This document shows, in pieces, positions 61,532 to 64,000 of a stretch of 64,000 nucleotides of DNA. Each line of letters begins with the position of its first letter. The first letter of the stretch is position 1. The stretch comes from Balanoglossus misakiensis (taxonomy: Eukaryota; Animalia; Hemichordata), in assembly GCA_040954595.2 (NCBI GenBank), contig CM082595.2, positions 6,102,137-6,166,136 on the forward strand, given 5' to 3'. The notes under the pieces are model-generated. The model was given only the letters and a program-made list of their open reading frames with translations, was not told where the DNA came from and did no database searches. The translations under genes were made by a program, and so were the position numbers.

Positions 61532-63146
61532 AGGCCGAGTTACACGAGGCAACTCGGCAGGCAACTCGGTAGGCAACTCGACGCGCAACCCGAGTTGCTC
61601 GGTGAGTTGCCTCGTGTGAATGATGTAGTCGCCTCAATGGAACGCGTCTGGCGACGTCGCCTCGAAATCCGTCATGTCGGATTTTCGGGCGACGAGTTGC
61701 CTGACGCGCAATCGGTTGCCCCGCGTTACCACATAAATTCTGACATCTGCACATGCAAAAATGGTGTTTATTTGTTATTTTCCGAACCAGGAACTACAGA
61801 CTGTAGACCTGTAGACTTCCGAAAATATTGGGGAATAAGTATTTGCTATGAAATCGGATATTTGTATGTATTTATAGTTTAATATTTCAATTTAAACTCA
61901 AGTTTTGTTAAAGAAACTTTTAACTAATTATCTTGCCAGTGATGGTATAAAAAATAAACTACTATTCAGTTCTGCGAAAATGGTTATGATGATTGACTCG
62001 ACATTGATTGCATTTCCGATTTTTGGGGTACCGCAACCAAATAACGTAACCGAATTTCAGAATAATAAAACGCCAGCTTATGATTATCGCCCACAGTTCA
62101 AGAGTTCTTACACAGCCAGTGTACATCATATATCTTTTTGGGCAAAACACGTGTCTATTTCGCCCGGTCATGTCAACTTATAAATACAAATTTAGTTATA
62201 TTTGTATAATTTTACATACAAACAAATCTTTCAATCAATACATTTCTTCTTAAAAATATACTTCGTTATTCTACAATGAAAAGTCTCACTTGCTTTGTTA
62301 TTACTTTCACTGTATTTCGAAACACGAATTTTGTATATTATCTATAACGTTTTTACAGATTGGCACGACTTTTGGCTCCGCATTTTTCACACATTTATAT
62401 GATGTGCAGTTTGATAATTCAGTAATCTTAATGTTAAATTGCGCAACTTTCTTCAATTTCCCCATAATCTACTCCCCTGTCTTAAAAGGATTTAAACTCG
62501 CCGGTTGATCTTTTATAAAATAATACCTGGTTTCAAGTACATTTTATATAAAATTAAATTAAACTTAAGTTACTCCTGTTCTATTAAAAAATATTAAGTA
62601 ACGTTTAAATTTTGCCTAATGTGGTATCACGATTAAAAAATCCGTATTCATCAATTAAATTAAGCGCCCAAGCTAGTTTTTTTTCTTTTAATACTGATAT
62701 AGACTTGCATATTACCTTCTAACTGAGAACAAAAAATGTTTTTATTGATGAGGATACTGTTGAAGTGCGATACTAGTTAGTTTATTATGTCAATAGTAAT
62801 ACATGGTGGAGAAAGTATACGTATTGTATGCAGTTGAAATTCGCAAACTTTTTTTTTTTTCAAGAAAAAATACTCGGTCAGATGACCAGGTTGATCAGCT
62901 AAATGACAAGAATAATATATGCATGCTGTTGCCAGAATAACCACCAAATATTTATGCATAATATCGAATAAAGATTGAATTGTCGATCGGCTACTGAGGC
63001 GACTGCACATGCGCAGCCACTGTTTACGCGCAGCTAGTTGCCAGTCGAGTCGCCCCGTGTAACTGTTCGATGTAGCGTCGCGACTGGCGTTGCGCGTCGA
63101 GTTGCCCACCGAGTTGCCTACCGAGTTGCCTCGTGTAACTCGGCCT
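61532..63146. mobile_element. Non-autonomous PIF/Harbinger-like DNA transposon (1.6 kb)
   Basis: About 55-bp TIRs AGGCCGAGTTACACGAGGCAACTCGG... / ...CCGAGTTGCCTCGTGTAACTCGGCCT containing AGGCAACTCG subrepeats. TAA duplicated at 61529-61531 and 63147-63149. AT-rich non-coding interior. Confidence 0.85.
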
Positions 63147-63615
63147 TAACTGCTACAATGTATATTATTCCAAAAAATATGGTTGCTACTTTGTATTACA
63201 CTGTAGTATAACTGCTACAATGTACATCATTGCAAACAATATGGTTGTTACTTTGTATTACACTGTAGTATAACTGCTACAATGTACATCATTGCAAACA
63301 ATGGCATAGTTACTTTGTATTACACTGTAGTATAACTGCTACAATGTACATCTTGGCAAACAATGGCACTTTTACTTTGTATTACACTGTAGTATAACTG
63401 CTACAATGTACATCATTGCAAACAATGGCATGGTTACTTTGTATTACACTGTAGTATAACTGCTACAATGTACTTCTTGGCAAACAATGGCATAGTTACT
63501 TTGTATTACACTGTAGTATAACTGCTACAATGTACATCATTGCAAACAGTGGCATAGTTACTTTGTATTACACTGTAGCATAACAGCTACACATCTTGGC
63601 AAACAGTGCATAGTT
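63147..63615. repeat. 62-bp minisatellite, about 7.5 copies
   Basis: taactgctacaatg recurs at 63147, 63209, 63271, 63333, 63395, 63457, 63519 and (variant) 63581. Confidence 0.95.
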
Positions 63616-63687
63616 GGCAAATACAGAGTTTACAAACATACATACATGTATGCTTAAGTTTACAGTGTAAATACATTGTAATTACTT

Positions 63688-64000
63688 TTAATCCAAGTCT
63701 CTCAGCTTATAAGTGTACACTTTTGTGTACAGTCTAAAGAACGGGAAGAAAGACATCATTTTACATGATTTCACTTTGAAACCTGACCTTTCCAGCACAC
63801 GCTGGGCAGCAACTTGAGATTCACTGGCACTGCACATAATTTTCTCATACGGATTACTCAGGCCGAACCGTATTGCTGCCGCCACCAGCATGGCACCGAT
63901 CCCGGATCGCCGATGGAAGCGGGAAACGCTCAGTGTTTGCAGTTCGAGGGTCAGAGGGTCCACTTTCATGGGGCTGACCGAGACGGTCCCGACGACTTCG
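63688..64000 (-). CDS. GNAT N-acetyltransferase, NAT8/camello-like (3' part; runs off the window)
   Basis: The frame is open to the window end: EVVGTVSV...LELQTLSVSRFHRRSGIG (acetyl-CoA motif A), then QVAAQRVLERSGF (motif B). Stop at 63688. Confidence 0.8.
   Translation of the reverse strand, partial: EVVGTVSVSPMKVDPLTLELQTLSVSRFHRRSGIGAMLVAAAIRFGLSNPYEKIMCSASESQVAAQRVLERSGFKVKSCKMMSFFPFFRLYTKVYTYKLRDLD

Noticed and set aside
63147-63615. Regular array resembling CRISPR
   Set aside because: Whole units are near-identical with no unique spacers, there are no cas genes, and the context is eukaryotic; it is a minisatellite.

Overview
This is 64 kb of intron-rich, AT-rich eukaryotic (animal) genomic DNA. 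The gene set and repeats suggest a marine invertebrate deuterostome such as a hemichordate, but that is inference only. I built GT-AG gene models by hand and checked reading frame across every junction, which gave 10 protein-coding genes. (1) A 2-exon secreted precursor with dibasic and Gly-basic sites, a candidate neuropeptide precursor (+). (2) A 13-exon DEG/ENaC channel with three LDL-receptor class A repeats in the ectodomain and a non-canonical pore (-). (3) An 8-exon secreted proteinase K/PCSK9-like S8 subtilase with Asn->Glu at the oxyanion position (+), divergent from the channel. (4) MICOS10 (-), head-to-head with (5) a UPF0658-like multipass membrane protein that has two alternative last exons (+). 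(6) A ZP-domain membrane protein (+) with (7) NOP10 nested antisense in its first intron. (8) An FBA-domain F-box protein (-). (9) An intronless condensation/alcohol-acetyltransferase-like protein lacking the catalytic His (+). (10) A partial NAT8/camello-like GNAT (-). There are also several TIR MITE families (TTAA, TAA and 9-bp target duplications), a tRNA-like SINE head, a 62-bp minisatellite and microsatellites. I saw no rRNA, intact tRNA or CRISPR. All family assignments come from motif recognition, not database searches.
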